Shown here: positions 50,111 to 62,223 of the stretch, piece by piece
Layout: every line of letters begins with the position of its first letter
Position numbering within the stretch: the stretch's first letter is position 1
Assembly: GCA_038087875.1 (NCBI GenBank)
Contig: CM075995.1
Coordinates: 2,730,001 to 2,794,000 of the forward strand
Source: Malacoraja senta
Taxonomy: Eukaryota
DNA length: 64,000 nucleotides
Direction of reading: 5' to 3'
The notes under the pieces: model-generated
Databases searched by the model: none
Told to the model about the DNA's origin: nothing
What the model saw: the letters and a program-made list of their open reading frames with translations, nothing else
Made by a program: the position numbers and the translations under genes

Positions 50111-52048
50111 CTCAAGAGGTAGGTGGACCTGGTTCTCATGGGAACATACTAACGGGATTAACCCCAAAAGTTGGAGGCAGATTACATCTCTTCTATAAAA
50201 ATTGGAAGAAGATTACTTCAGATGTGGTAATTCTGAATAGTATAAAAGGATTTCGAATTGAATTCAATCCAAATTATGATTTGCCTGTCCAGCATGTTCC
50301 TGGCAGAACTCTCCACTTTGCACAAAAAGAAGTGATGGAGGTTCAAGCTGCACTTGAAAACCTATATAAAAAAGGTGTTATTGAAGAATCAGTCTACCAA
50401 ATTCACCAATTTGTGTCAAATATATTCCCTCGATCAAAAAAGGATGGAGGATGTAGGATTATTCTAGACTTGACAAGTCTGAATCCTTTTGTTCAATTTA
50501 GACATTTCAAAATGGAGACGTTTGTGACTGCCAAGCAACTTATTTCAGAAGCATGTCATATGGCAACTATAGATCTAAAAGATGCATATTATTCAGTGTG
50601 TGTTCACTCGGAAGATAGGAAGTATCTTAAATTTACATGGATGAACCAGTTATGACAGTTCAAAGCCCTGCCTAATGGGTTAACATCCGCTCCCAGAATA
50701 TTCACAAAATTGTTAAAACCAATTCTGGGGTTGCTGAGAAGCCAGGGGCATGTACTAATGGCATACTTGGATGATGTCCTGATTATAGGAAGGACAAAAG
50801 AGTCAACAGAAGCATCTGTTGCAGTTGTGAAATCCACTTTTGAAAGTTTGGGGTTTCTAATTCATCCAAAGAAATCAAGGTTAACACCATGTACCTCAAT
50901 TGATTATTTGGGGTTCACAATTGATTCAGTTCAAATGAAAATTACTTTGTCCAAAGAAAAAAGGGTGGAGTTGATTAAAGATTGCAGTAATCTGTTAAAC
51001 GAGCAAAAACCCTCAATCAGACAGGTGGCTCGAGTACTGGGAAGATTAGTAGCAGCATTCCCAGCAGTCCAATACGGACCATTACATTATCAACAGCTGC
51101 AGAGAGTTAAAGAACAGACACTGAGAATGCATGCTGGTCATTTTGATAGAACCATGCAACTAACAACAAATGCTGTTTCTGATCTGCAGTGGTGGATTCT
51201 ACATGTCTCAAGCAGTACCAGAAAAGTACTGATTGAACAACCTTCCATGATATTACAAACTGATGCCAGTGCACTAGGATGGGGTGCAACTGACTTGGCA
51301 TCTAGCTGCGGAGGCAGATGGAATCAGGAAGAGTCATTGTTACTGCAGACATGGGGAATTAACTATTTGGAGCTTTTAGGATGTTTCTATGGACTCCAAG
51401 CTTACTGTTCTAACACAACTAATCTGCATGTTCAGGTTCAAATTGATAACACAACAGCAGTTGCCTATATTAATCATATGGGTGGAATCAAGTCGGTGTC
51501 ATGTGACAAAATGACTAATCAAATTTGGTCTTGGTGTATTGAAAAGAACATTTGTATTTCAGCTATCCATCTACCAGGTAGATTGAATATGATGGCAGAC
51601 ACCAGGTCACGAAAGTTCCAGGATAATAAAGAATGGATGTTGAATCGAGAGGTATTCAATGACATAGTAATCAGATTTGGAATGCCAGACATCGACTTGT
51701 TCGCATCTAGACTAAATCATCAACTATCGAGATATGTGTCATGGGAACCAGATCCAGGAGCAGTGGCGATTGATGCTTTCTTGCTACATTGGGGTGGTAT
51801 GTTTTTATATGCATTTCCACCTTTCTGCCTCATAAGCCGATGTTTGCTTAAAATCAGGCAAGATGCTGCTTCAGGGGTACTAGTGGTACCAAATTGGCCT
51901 AAACAGCCATGGTATCCTTTAATATTAGAATTTAACGACACAAACTTTGAAGAAAGTCCCAAAAAGAAGTAATCTATTGCTGCACCCTGTAACAGGGGAA
52001 CAACATCCATTATATGATCGTTTGGATTTGTTAATTTGCAGGTTTTAA
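50107..52048 (+). pseudogene. DIRS ORF2: reverse transcriptase, RNase H and Dam-like adenine methyltransferase
   Basis: VGGRL, KKDGGCRIILDL, IDLKDAY, LPNGL..APRIFTK, YLDD; RNase H TDAS, INYLEL, DNTTAVAYIN; methyltransferase IDLFAS...YAFPPF. In-frame TGA at 50653-55 and a frameshift near 51930. Confidence 0.92.
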
Positions 52049-53017
52049 GAAGGCCTTTTCTGGGGCGAGGATTGTCTGTGCGTACTGTGGACATGCTTAC
52101 GGCAGCCTGGAGGAAGAGCACTCAAAAACAGTACCTTTCTTATATTAAGAAATGGGAAGAGTTCTGTGTACAAAAGAATGTGGAATATAGTACTGCAGAT
52201 ATTTCAAATGTTTTAGAATTTCTGTCAAAACTTTATTATGATGAAGGTTTGAGTTATAGTGCAATTAATTCAGCCAGAAATGCATTGTCCTCATATTTGG
52301 TTCTGGATTCAGAAAGAAATCCAATTGGGTCGCACCCACTTGTTTCCAGACTGATGAAAGGAATCTTTAATTCCAAACCTCCTAAACCTAGGTACATGAC
52401 AATCTGGGATGTAAGTGTGGTGCTGAAGCTACTTCGTGAATGGTCACCAAGTGTGTCTTTACCTTTGGCCAAACTCAGTATGAAAGTAGTCATGCTTATG
52501 GCATTAGTGACAGCACAACGAGTGCAAACACTTCAAAAATTTCAAATAGACAGGATGGAAGTAACTGAAGACAAGGTTACATTCTATATCTATGACCTAC
52601 TAAAGCAAAGTAGGCCAGGTGTGACAGGATTTAAAATTGTGCTAGCAGCATATCCAAATGATCCTTGTCTCTGTATTAAGACATATTTGTTACAATACAT
52701 TGAGGTCACAAGGAGTTTGAGAAATACGGAAACTGGGTTGTTGATCACACACAAGAAACCACACAAATGAGTTTTCAGTACAGACTATTTCCAGATGGTT
52801 AAAAGAGGTCTTAACAGCTGCTGGTATTAACACTGATGTTTTTACATCTCACTCGACTGGGGCAGCAGCAACGTCGGCGGCCAGGGCGAAAGACGTCCCC
52901 GTCGACCATATCCTCGCAGCCGCTGGGTGGTCCAATGAGTTGATGTTTCAACAATTTTACCATCGGCCTATTGTTAATGCGGGATTGTTTGCATAAACTA
53001 TTTTAAGTTCTGCATAA
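52036..53017 (+). pseudogene. DIRS ORF3: tyrosine recombinase, disrupted
   Basis: LSYSAINSARNALS, HPLVSRLMKG, WDV, ALVTAQRV; after a stop at 52768 and a +1 shift: TISRW..., HSTG (HxxR changed to G), AAGWS, FY; further stop at 52994. Confidence 0.9.
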
Positions 53018-53609
53018 ATTCCTCTGGTTTAAAGGGGATCTGATTTATTTTCATTATTAAAATAAATGAATTACTGCATTTGTGGTACAAATGTTATTAT
53101 TAATGCATTATTGATTATTCTCGTTCCGAGTCAATCAATGCAGTGAGAAGCCTGGATTGATCTACGGCATGAAATCACAAAGCTTTAAAATCTTCACGTA
53201 GTCACTCACGTGACTCCGAAGTAAAATAGTAAGATTAAACGAGAACTTACCTAAGTTTGAAGTTTGATCTTTATTTTATGAGGAGTTACGTTGGTGATTA
53301 CGTGCCCACCACGACCCAACCCTCTATCATAAAGGTCAGATGGAAGTTCTTGTATTACTCGTTTTATTATGATACTATATTACTTCGCTTGTTGTTTTTT
53401 GTGATTTCACACCGCTGCTTTGAAGATTGACGCGCAGGCGCTCTGGCGGGGTTCTTCACGTAATCACCAACGTAACTCCTCATAAAATAAAGATCAAACT
53501 TCAAACTTAGGTAAGTTCTCGTTTAATCTTACTATTCCATGGTATATCATTCATCAGCGCATACTCTCATTACATATCACCCCACAATGGGTCACACAAT
53601 TGGACATGA

Positions 53610-53940
53610 AGTGGCACAGCGGTAGAGTTGCTGCCTAACAGAGGTGCAGACCCAGGTTCTATCCTGACTACGGGTGCTGTCTGTACGGAGTTTGCATGTT
53701 CTCTCCATGACAGTGTGGGTTTTTCCCGGGTGCTCCGGTTCCCACTCACACTCCAAAGGCGTACAAGTTTGTAGGTTAATTGGCTTCGGTAAAAATCGCA
53801 TATTGTCCCTCGTGTATAGGATTGTGTTTGTGTACGGGGATCACCGGTCAGCACGGACTCAGTGGGCAGAAGGGCCTGTTTCCGTGCTGTATCACTAAAC
53901 TAAACTAAACTAAACTAAACTAAACTGAAATAAACTAAAT
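53610..53940 (+). mobile_element. V-SINE
   Basis: A and B boxes, V domain, (CTAAA)n tail. Confidence 0.82.
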
Positions 53941-54054
53941 TAAGCTCAATTGTCCTTCCCATGTTGTGTATCTGCACATCTGTCCTAGCCATATCAAACA
54001 TCTGTCTGTGCAAGTATCACTGAGAACTTATGACTTGATTCACCAACATTGGCT

Positions 54055-54300
54055 CTCCCAGTTGCCAACAATTTTGACTCCCTTTCCCATTCCCACACTG
54101 ATCTTTCTGTCCTGGGCCTCCTGCATTGCCAGAGTGAGGCCACACGCGATCTGGACGAACAGCACCTCATATTCGGCTTGGGTAACTTACCACCCAACAA
54201 TATAAACATTGCATTCTCCAAATTTAGATAATCTCTAACTAGCTCCCTCCCACAAACCCGCCCGCCACCTCTCTTCCCTCCCTCCTTCCCTCCCACCTAT
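54055..54300 (+). mobile_element. Penelope-like element 3' fragment
   Basis: PVANNFDSLSHSHTDLSVLGLLHCQSEATRDLDEQHLIFGLGNLPPNNINIAFSKFR*. Confidence 0.78.
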
Positions 54301-54311
54301 TTCTCCCTTCC

Positions 54312-54597
54312 ACCAGAGGACATGGGTTCAAGGTGAAGGGGCAAAGATTTAATAGGAAACTGAGGGGTAACTTTTTCTCACAAAGGGTAGTGGGTGTATG
54401 GAATAAGCTGCCAGAGGAGGTAGTTGAGGCTGGGACTATCCCAACGTTTAAGAAACAGTCAGTCAGATACATGGATTGGGCAGGTTTGGAGGGATACGGA
54501 CCAAGCGCAGGCAGGTGGGACTAGTGTAGCTGGGACATTTTGGGCAAATTGAGCCAAAGGGCCTGTTTCCACATGGTATCACTCTATGACTCTATGA
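54312..54597 (+). mobile_element. CR1 LINE 3' fragment
   Basis: KGQRFNRKLRGNFFSQRVVGVWNKLPEEVVEAG. Confidence 0.82.
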
Positions 54598-55587
54598 CCT
54601 CCCCCTCCTCCCTCCCCCCTCTCCCCTGCTACTTTCCTCCCACTGGTTTCACAATCTGCAACTCTTTAAACCTGTCTCACACCTTCTGTTCTTATCTCTG
54701 GCCTTTCTTCCAACCATCTGCTTATCACAACACCCCCTTTCCTCTGTTAACCTGTTGCCTGCCACACTTTGTCCTGCCTCTTCCCTTTTCCAAAGATAGA
54801 CACAAAAAATGGAGTAACTCAGGGGATCAGGCAGCATCTCTGGTGAAAAAAGGAAAAGGTGACCTTTCGGGTGGAGACGCTTCTTCAGATTGAGAGTTAG
54901 GTGCTCTCCTCCCACAATCAGTCTGAAGAAGGTGGGATTTCTCCGAGATCTTCGGTTTCCTCCCACACTCCAAAGACGTACATGTTTGTAGGTTAATTGG
55001 CTTGGAAAATGTGAGAAAAAAATTGTCCCTCATGTGTGCAGGTTAGTGTTAATGTGCGGTGATTGCTGGTCGGCACGGACCCAGTGGGCCGAAGGGCCTG
55101 TTTCCGCGCTGTATCTCTAAACTAACCTAAACTAAACTAAACTAAGGGTCTCCTCCCGAAAACGTTGCTTTTCCATGTTCTCCCGAGATGCTGCCTGAGC
55201 TGCTGGGTTCCTCCAGCACTTTGTGTCCTTTTGTTTAAACATCTGCCTATGCTGAGTATGGACAAATGCATGAGAAGACCATCACGCATCTGATATGTTG
55301 TCAAGAGATATATGAAACGAGATGGCCAGTCATACAATTTGATATGACTGATGCTTGTTAGGACCGGGACAGATTTAGAGCTACCAGGTAGCTGATCTGG
55401 CATTGACAGATACATACTGTAAATGTGTGTGATAAGGTGTGGAAGGATGTATGAAAGGCTTGGGAAGATAGAATATGACTAACGTGATTTTATTTACTAC
55501 TTAGCAGATTGACAAACACACGGGGTTTAAAACTACTCTGAGGATGATCATTCAACACCCTGGCTTTCATTACCTGAATGCAAAGGG

Positions 55588-55885
55588 TGACACCGTGGCG
55601 CAGCGGTAGCGCTACTGCCTTGCAGCCAAAGAGTCGTAGGTTCGGTCCCAACTACGGAGTTTGTACGTTCTTCCCGTGACCTACGTGGGTTTTTTCCAAG
55701 ATCTTCGGATTTCTTCCACATTCCAAAGACGTACTGGTTTGTAGGTTAATTTGCTAAATATGTATTGTCACAAGTATGTGTGTAGGATAGCGTAAGTGTG
55801 TGGGGATTGCTGGTCGGCGCAGACTCGGTGGGCCGAAGGGCCTGTTTCCGCGCTGTATCTCTAAACTAAACTAAACTAAACTAAA
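55588..55885 (+). mobile_element. V-SINE
   Basis: A and B boxes, V domain, tail. Confidence 0.78.
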
Positions 55886-56122
55886 CCAGCGGCGACCAGA
55901 AAGACGCTACGACTTTGGGTGACTGAGGAGACTACTCATGACCGTAAAGACGATACCCTGGCGACGTGTCGCGGGGTGAAGCCTGTATGGTCGTGAGTAG
56001 TCGCCCAAAGAGTCATACCTTGTTCTGGTCGCCGCTGGATTATCAACATGTTCGGCGACCTGCAACGACCTATGACGGGTGCCGGCAGTCGCCGAAAAAG
56101 TCGCGTAAGTGGGACAGGCCCA
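55886..56122. mobile_element. PIF/Harbinger-like MITE, one end only
   Basis: Ends AAGTGGGACAGGCCCA|TAA; body similar to about 3305-3400. Confidence 0.65.
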
Positions 56123-56215
56123 TAACTGTTTCTTAAACGTCGGGATGGTCCCTACCTCAACGACCTCCTCTGGCAGCTTGTTCCATACACCCACCACCCT
56201 TTGGGTCCTTTGGCC

Positions 56216-56917
56216 CAAGGCCGGCCTTAGGAGGTGCGGGGTCCAATTGGGAACAATTTTGGTGAGCCCCAGGTTCCCAGCCAAGGTCTGTAGAATCATA
56301 GAAAACCAGTCCAGGCATTAAATTTTGGGCTTCAGCCCCATCCTACCCTTTGGGCTTCTACCCCATCCTAACTTAGTTGTGTGTGTGTGTGTGTTAGTTG
56401 TCAGTGCGTGGGAGGGAAGGGGAGAAGGGAAAAGAGAGAGAGGAAGGAGGGAAGGGAAAGAGAGAAGGGAGGGAGAGGGCTGGCGGCAGAAGCGGATGCC
56501 GGGGTCCGGGCGGACGGGTGTGAGCTGAGGCCGATGTTTGTGAACGTTGCTCCAACCCCCGGCCTGGCCCTCCCTGTATTGTTCACCGCGTCTCCCCGGG
56601 GAGAGAGAGGGGGGGGAGCCGGGGCTGTGTGCGTGAAGCACGGCGACTGGAGGGGCGGGAGCGCTGCCCCGGGACCGTGAGGGAAGATCCCTCTCCCCCT
56701 TCTCCATTCCCCATCACACCCCCCTCCCCGTCTACCCCTTTCTTCCCCCTCCACTCTCTCTCACCCCTCCACCCGGGGTAGATCTACCCGGGACGAGAGT
56801 AGATTACTCCAAAGATCCTAGAGCGGTGCTTTGAATTACTCCAGCGCGGCCCCCCCCCCCCTTAGGCGCGGGGCCCAATTGGGAGCAATCGGTCCAATTG
56901 GCTTAAGGCCGGCCCTG
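56216..56917. mobile_element. hAT-like non-autonomous DNA transposon inserted in a CR1 tail
   Basis: TIRs CAAGGCCGGCCTTA / TAAGGCCGGCCCTG; 8-bp TSD CTTTGGCC/CTCTGGCC; subterminal GG(T/C)CCAATTGG repeats. Confidence 0.82.
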
Positions 56918-57734
56918 CTCTGGCCCACGATTCTCCTACTCTGGGCAAGAGACTCTGTGCGTCTACCCGATCTATTCCCCTCGACCCGAAACATCACCCA
57001 TTCCTTCGCTCCAGAGATGCTGCCTGTCCCGCTGAGTTACTCCAGCGTTTTGTGTCTATCTACTATTCCTCTCATGATTTTAGACACTTTATATACTATG
57101 GGTCAGATGAGGTCTCGAAGATGAAACTGGTGAAAACCTAAATGAAACTCCTCTATTCATTCATAATGCACATGTGGCTGCCTGCTCTGGCTTTTTCTCC
57201 TGTCAAAAATGATGAGTGGTTTCACGAAGGAATTCCTGTGTTATTCCTTTGAGCTACCAACAGTGATGCGTGACAAGGAATAATGCAGACAGTTCATTTT
57301 GAAGATGGCGCAAATCGTTTCCATTTAGGCAGCTTAGTTGGAGGAGAAATTGAATTTGCCCTTTACAGGAATTGACTTATTTATGGATACATACTCTGTC
57401 TTAAATCTATGGTGCCCGTTAATTGCTGGTAGTCAAGCAGGCCATTTACTAATAAGATGTTCATGCAATAAATAAAAATAGTATTGCATTTCCAATAAAA
57501 CGCACTCAGTGTCCTAACAGTGTGCTGAGGTCGGGGATCATTTGCATTCGATTAAACTGCAGATTCGGAGACGCTGGGGATAGATGGACACCACCGACCC
57601 TTGCCCTCATCGCAAGCTGGTCTCTGAATCCCATCTCAGCATTTCCATTTCCAACAGAAAACTTATTGGCAACAAACATTCAAGAAAGTAACTACAGCTC
57701 GGGTATTTGACGTTAAATAAAAACCCAGTGGAGA

Positions 57735-58110
57735 TGCATCTTATAGAGGTGTACAAAATCATGAGAGGAATAGATCAGGTAGATGCACAGTCTCTTGCCC
57801 AGAGTAGGGGAATCTAGGACCAGAGGACATAGGTTCAAGGTGAAGGGGAAAAGATTTAATAGGAATCTGAGGGGTAACCTTTTCACACAAAGGGTGGTGG
57901 GTGTATGGAATAAGCTGCCAGATGAGGTAGTTGAGGCTGGGACTATCCCAACGTTTAGGAAACAGTTAGACAGGTACATGGGTAGGACAGGTTTGGAGGG
58001 ATATGGACCAAACACAGGCAGGTGGGACGAGTGTAGCTGGGACATGTTGGTCGGTGTGGGCAAGTTGGGCCGAGCGGCCTGTTTCCACTATGACTCTATG
58101 AGTCTATGAC
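57735..58110 (+). mobile_element. CR1 LINE 3' fragment
   Basis: ORF 57783..58109: ESRTRGHRFKVKGKRFNRNLRGNLFTQRVVGVWNKLP. Confidence 0.85.
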
Positions 58111-59701
58111 ACACTGCTTGCTTCCAAATATTCAAGGCGGGCTGAAAGAGAACTCTCAAAAGCTGACTAATCATTCCAGAGGAAAGTTGAAACGGCTTCA
58201 AAGAAAGTTGACAGGGCAGGATAAAAACAAGCAGCTCTGAGCAAGGTCTATTATTAGAGTCACAAACAGTGCCAGAAGGATTCAAGCTGTTTTCTCCCTT
58301 TTCATTCCAAAACCTGGTTTGCAGTTTAGGATCACAGTTCAGTTTAGTTTAGTTTAGTTTGGAGATACAGCGCAGAAACAGGCCCTTCGGCTCTCCGAGT
58401 CCGCACCGACCAGCGATCCCCGCACATTAGCACTACCCTACACACACTAGGGGAAATTTACACATACACCAAGCCAATTAACCTACATACCTGTATGTCT
58501 TTGGAGTGTGAGAGGAAACCGAAGATCTCGGAGAAACCATACCGACAAGCGTCCGTTGTCGGGATCGAACCTGGGTCTCTGGTGCTGTAAGCGCTGTAAG
58601 GCAGCACCTCTACCGCTGCGCCGCTGTGCTGCACAGTTTCTGCCATGACTGTGCCGATCAGTTTCTATTCTGATTGTTTATATTGTGGAGGTATTATTGA
58701 ATTAATGAGTGTTGATAGCCAAGAAGGCCAGTCAGCCCATCGTGCCTATCCTGACTCTTTGAAAGAACTGTGCTATGTTCCATTTGGGCAGCTTGCAATC
58801 CCACGGTATGAACATTGAATTCTCCAGATTCAGGTAAATAACTAACTTTAGTCAGAGGGTGGTGAATCTGTGGATTTCATTGCCACAGAAGGCTGTGGAG
58901 GCCAATTCAATGGATATTTTTAAGGCGGAGATTGGCAGATTCTTAATTAGTATGGGTGTCGGGGGTTATAGTGAGAAGGCAGGAGAATGGGGTTAGGAGG
59001 GAGAGATAGATCAGCCATGATTGAATGGCGGGGTAGACTTGATGGGCCGATCGGCCTAATTCTGCTCCTAGAATTTATGAATGTGTGAACTAACACTCCC
59101 CCTCCCTGTGCCCTGCATGGATGTGCACCTGGAAGTGATAGGAGCAGAATTAGGCCATTCGGCCCATCAAGTCTACTCCGCCAATCAATAATCGCTGATC
59201 TATCTTTCCCTCTCAACCCCATTCTCCTGCCTTCTCCCCATACCCTTTGTAATCCGCCATTCAATCGTGGCTGATCTATCTCTTTCTCCTAAGTCGATGG
59301 GTAGAATAGCCCAACTCTGCTCTTATGTATTTTGATTTCTCCTACAATCTCGCTCCTCTTATCCCTTCCCCCCTTATCCGATCCTCTGGCTTCACATTTC
59401 ACATCTCTTCTCTCCTTATCTCCTTACCTCAGTCTTTTCATCTCTGGCCTTTGCTTCATCTGCCTTTTAATGTTTAGATTCACGCGCCGCAAGCACACCC
59501 ACACCCCCCTCTGCGTCTCTCACAATCTCTCTCCATTTAGATAATGTTGATTTATCTGACGTGACCTAACACTTTCCGATGTTAAATCCCACAGGCCAAT
59601 TTTCACCCACTCACTCCATCTATCTATATCCCAGAGCAGAGTCGCAATGGTGAAATATCCAATGTTCATACCATTTGGATGTAATCTACCCTTGGGTATT
59701 T

Positions 59702-60401
59702 AAAAAAATATATTTTTTTATTTTATTAGAAGTAAGTACAATCATATGGCACCAAAGTGCCTAATATATATTGACGTATTATGTACATTTTATGTACAGC
59801 TTCTTATTTTTTTTTATAATGAAAAAGAAAAAGAGAGAATAGATAATATAAGATAGAAAAACGTGTGATATATGGTGTGTGAGAAAGAAAAAAGGGTGAA
59901 AGAAGAAAAGTGAAGAAAAGAAGATTGAAAGAAAAAGAGTAGCAAGTAAAAGATTAAGGAGATCGTTATTTATAATCTTGACCATCCCTCACCCAGTCCT
60001 GGAACAGTTAGCTTCTACAATTGTGTTGCACCATATGCTTCCAAAAAGACGACAAATGGAGACCAACTCGTTAAGAATTGGTCTGATTTATCTATCAGGA
60101 GGAATCGCATTTCCTCAAGATGTGCGGTGTCCAACATGCTTGAAATCCACATTTTAAGCGTTGGTATTGGTGTATTTTTCCAAAATTTAAGTATTAGTTT
60201 TTTTGCCATTATTAAACCATAATTAATAAATAAATTTTGAGATGAGTTCAATTTATTCCCGTCTTCCATTACTCCAAATATAATCATTTCAGTATTAGGT
60301 TCCATTTTAATCTTAAATTATTTTGTAAATATTTCAAAAATATCACTCCAAAATTTATAAAGTTTTATGCAGGAAACAAAAGAGTGTGTTATAGTTGCGT
60401 T
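59702..60401 (-). mobile_element. L1-clade LINE, 5'-truncated (ORF2 C-terminus and 3'UTR)
   Basis: HSFVSCIKL..FWSDIF; MIIFG...AKKLILKFWK...PTLKMWI...LEEM...WSPF; TSD TTGGGTATTT at 59692-59701 and 60402-60411. Confidence 0.85.
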
Positions 60402-60731
60402 TTGGGTATTTTTAAAGCAGAGATTGATAGTTTCTTGATTAGGTTCATGGGGTGGCACTGTGGCACAGCAGTAGAGTTGCTGCCTTACAGAGCAGGAGAC
60501 CCAGGTTAAATCCTGACTACGGGTGCTGTCTGTATGGAGGTTGTACGTTCCCCCCGTGACCTGTGCTGGTTTTCTCAGGGATCTCCGGTTTCCTCCCACA
60601 CGTACAGGTTTGTAGATTAATTGGCTTGATATAATTTAAATTGTCCCTAATGAATGTAGGATAGGGTTAGTGTGCGGGGATCGCTGGTCGGCCTGTGGGA
60701 CGAAGTGCCTGTTTCCACACTTTATCTCTAA

Positions 60732-61297
60732 AGGTCCTGTCCCACTTGGGCGACCTAATCCATGAGTTCTGGTGAGTTTGCCCTCGACTCACACTCGCAG
60801 CATGGTCGACACGAGGTCGTAGGAGGTCTTCGTAACTCTCCTTCATGCCCGAGAGTGGTCTCCGCGTACTCGAGGCCTCGGCTAGGTTGCGACGTTTTTT
60901 TCAATATTTAAAAAAATACCCACGAGTAAAAAAAGTCGCCATGGAAAATATCTAGACTTTTTTTACTCGTAGGTTTAGTCCAGTAGGTTGTAGTAGGTCG
61001 TAGTAGGTCGGCATGTTAGTCGTAGGTAATCGAGGGTTGTAGAAGGTAGTCAAAGGTAGTCGAAGGTAGTCGTAGATAGTCTTCATCATAGTCGAAGGGA
61101 GGTCGAAGGAGGTCGTCTTCAATCTCCACTATTTGGTGTCCAATTTTCCCGAAGTTAGTCGTAGCTAGTTGAAGTCTTCAACATAGTCGAAGGAGGTCGA
61201 AGGAGGTCTTCTACATAGTCGAAGGAGGTCTTCAACATGTCATTTTTTCAAACTCTTCTAAACTCGCCAATTAGGTCTCCCAAGTGGGACAGCCCCT
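60732..61297. mobile_element. PIF/Harbinger-like MITE in the tail of a V-SINE (about 60450-60730)
   Basis: Same family as 5934-6497; flanks TAA/TTA. Confidence 0.85.
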
Positions 61298-61901
61298 TTA
61301 ACAAAACAAAGTTAAACTAGTAAGGGCATCAAAAGTTACGGGGTCAAGGCAGGGGAATGGGGTTGAGCGGTTTCCTTCCAGTTCCTATTTGATTATAACA
61401 CTAAGTGTTGGAGTAACTCAGTGGGTCAGGCACCATCTCTGGAGGGAATGGATAGCTAATATTTCAAGTCGGGGCCATTCTTCCGACTAAGCTGCCTGAC
61501 CCACTGAGTTACTCCAGCGCTTTGAGTTTTACTCTAGATTCCAGCATGTGCAGTTCCTCGTGTCTCAATTGTTATTATGGTTTTGGCCCATTGCACGACA
61601 GGTCTACAACCAATTTTCCCAGACACCCTTGGTTCCAGAGCTTTTCTGGTTTATCCTTTTTGCCAGACCAACAGAGGTCACGACTTTGGGGGGGGGGGGA
61701 GCCGTGATACCGGCCCGCAAAGACGGCCGCGGAAGTCGGCTATGGGAACGGAAATTCCGGCTTTCTTCTGGGCCGGAGCACCAGAGCCCTGGCCACAGTG
61801 GGCAAATTCAACCCGCCGATCGGCCGCAGTAGTCAGCTATGTGAACGGATTTGCCGCCCCAGCCCAGCCGGCTGATTTGACCCACCGATCGGCGTGGAAG
61901 T

Positions 61902-62223
61902 GTGTAGGAAGGAACTGCAGATGCTGGTTTAAACCGAAGATAGACACAAATTCTCCGGACAGGCAGCATCTCTGACGAGAAGATTCGGGTTGAGACCCTT
62001 CTTCAGACTGAGAGTCAGGTACAGAGATAAGCAAGTGCAATGAGTGAGAACGAGACAAAGGGGACGGGGATCAAGAAAAATGTAGAATAGATCCTTGTGA
62101 GCTCGGAAAAGGTTACAACTAAGCAAACAGAGATAATCTGTAATCAGGGGCAGACAGACTAGTCGGAGAACTGGGAAGGGGGAGGGATGGAGAGAGAGGG
62201 AAAGCAAGGGTTACTTGAGGTTA
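61902..62223 (-). mobile_element. Penelope-type terminal fragment with a 15-bp TSD
   Basis: GATCGGCGTGGAAGT at 61887-61901 and 62224-62238; body is the reverse complement of the Penelope 3'UTR/terminal repeat. Confidence 0.75.

Larger units (their letters stand above)
48766..53536 (+). mobile_element. Full-length DIRS1-type tyrosine-recombinase retrotransposon (copy 1)
   Basis: Left end 48769-48804 is complementary to ICR 53191-53226; ICR 53227-53304 is complementary to the right extension 53457-53534; inverted terminal repeats 48795-48829 and 53428-53462; gag, RT/RNase H/methyltransferase and recombinase ORFs in canonical order. Confidence 0.96.

Noticed and set aside
50107..53017. Bacterial or phage RT-methylase-integrase system, or contamination
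   Set aside because: Domain order and terminal structure are those of a DIRS retrotransposon embedded in vertebrate repeats.
56216..56917. CpG-island promoter
   Set aside because: The GC-rich block is bounded by TIRs and an 8-bp TSD, so it is a transposon body.
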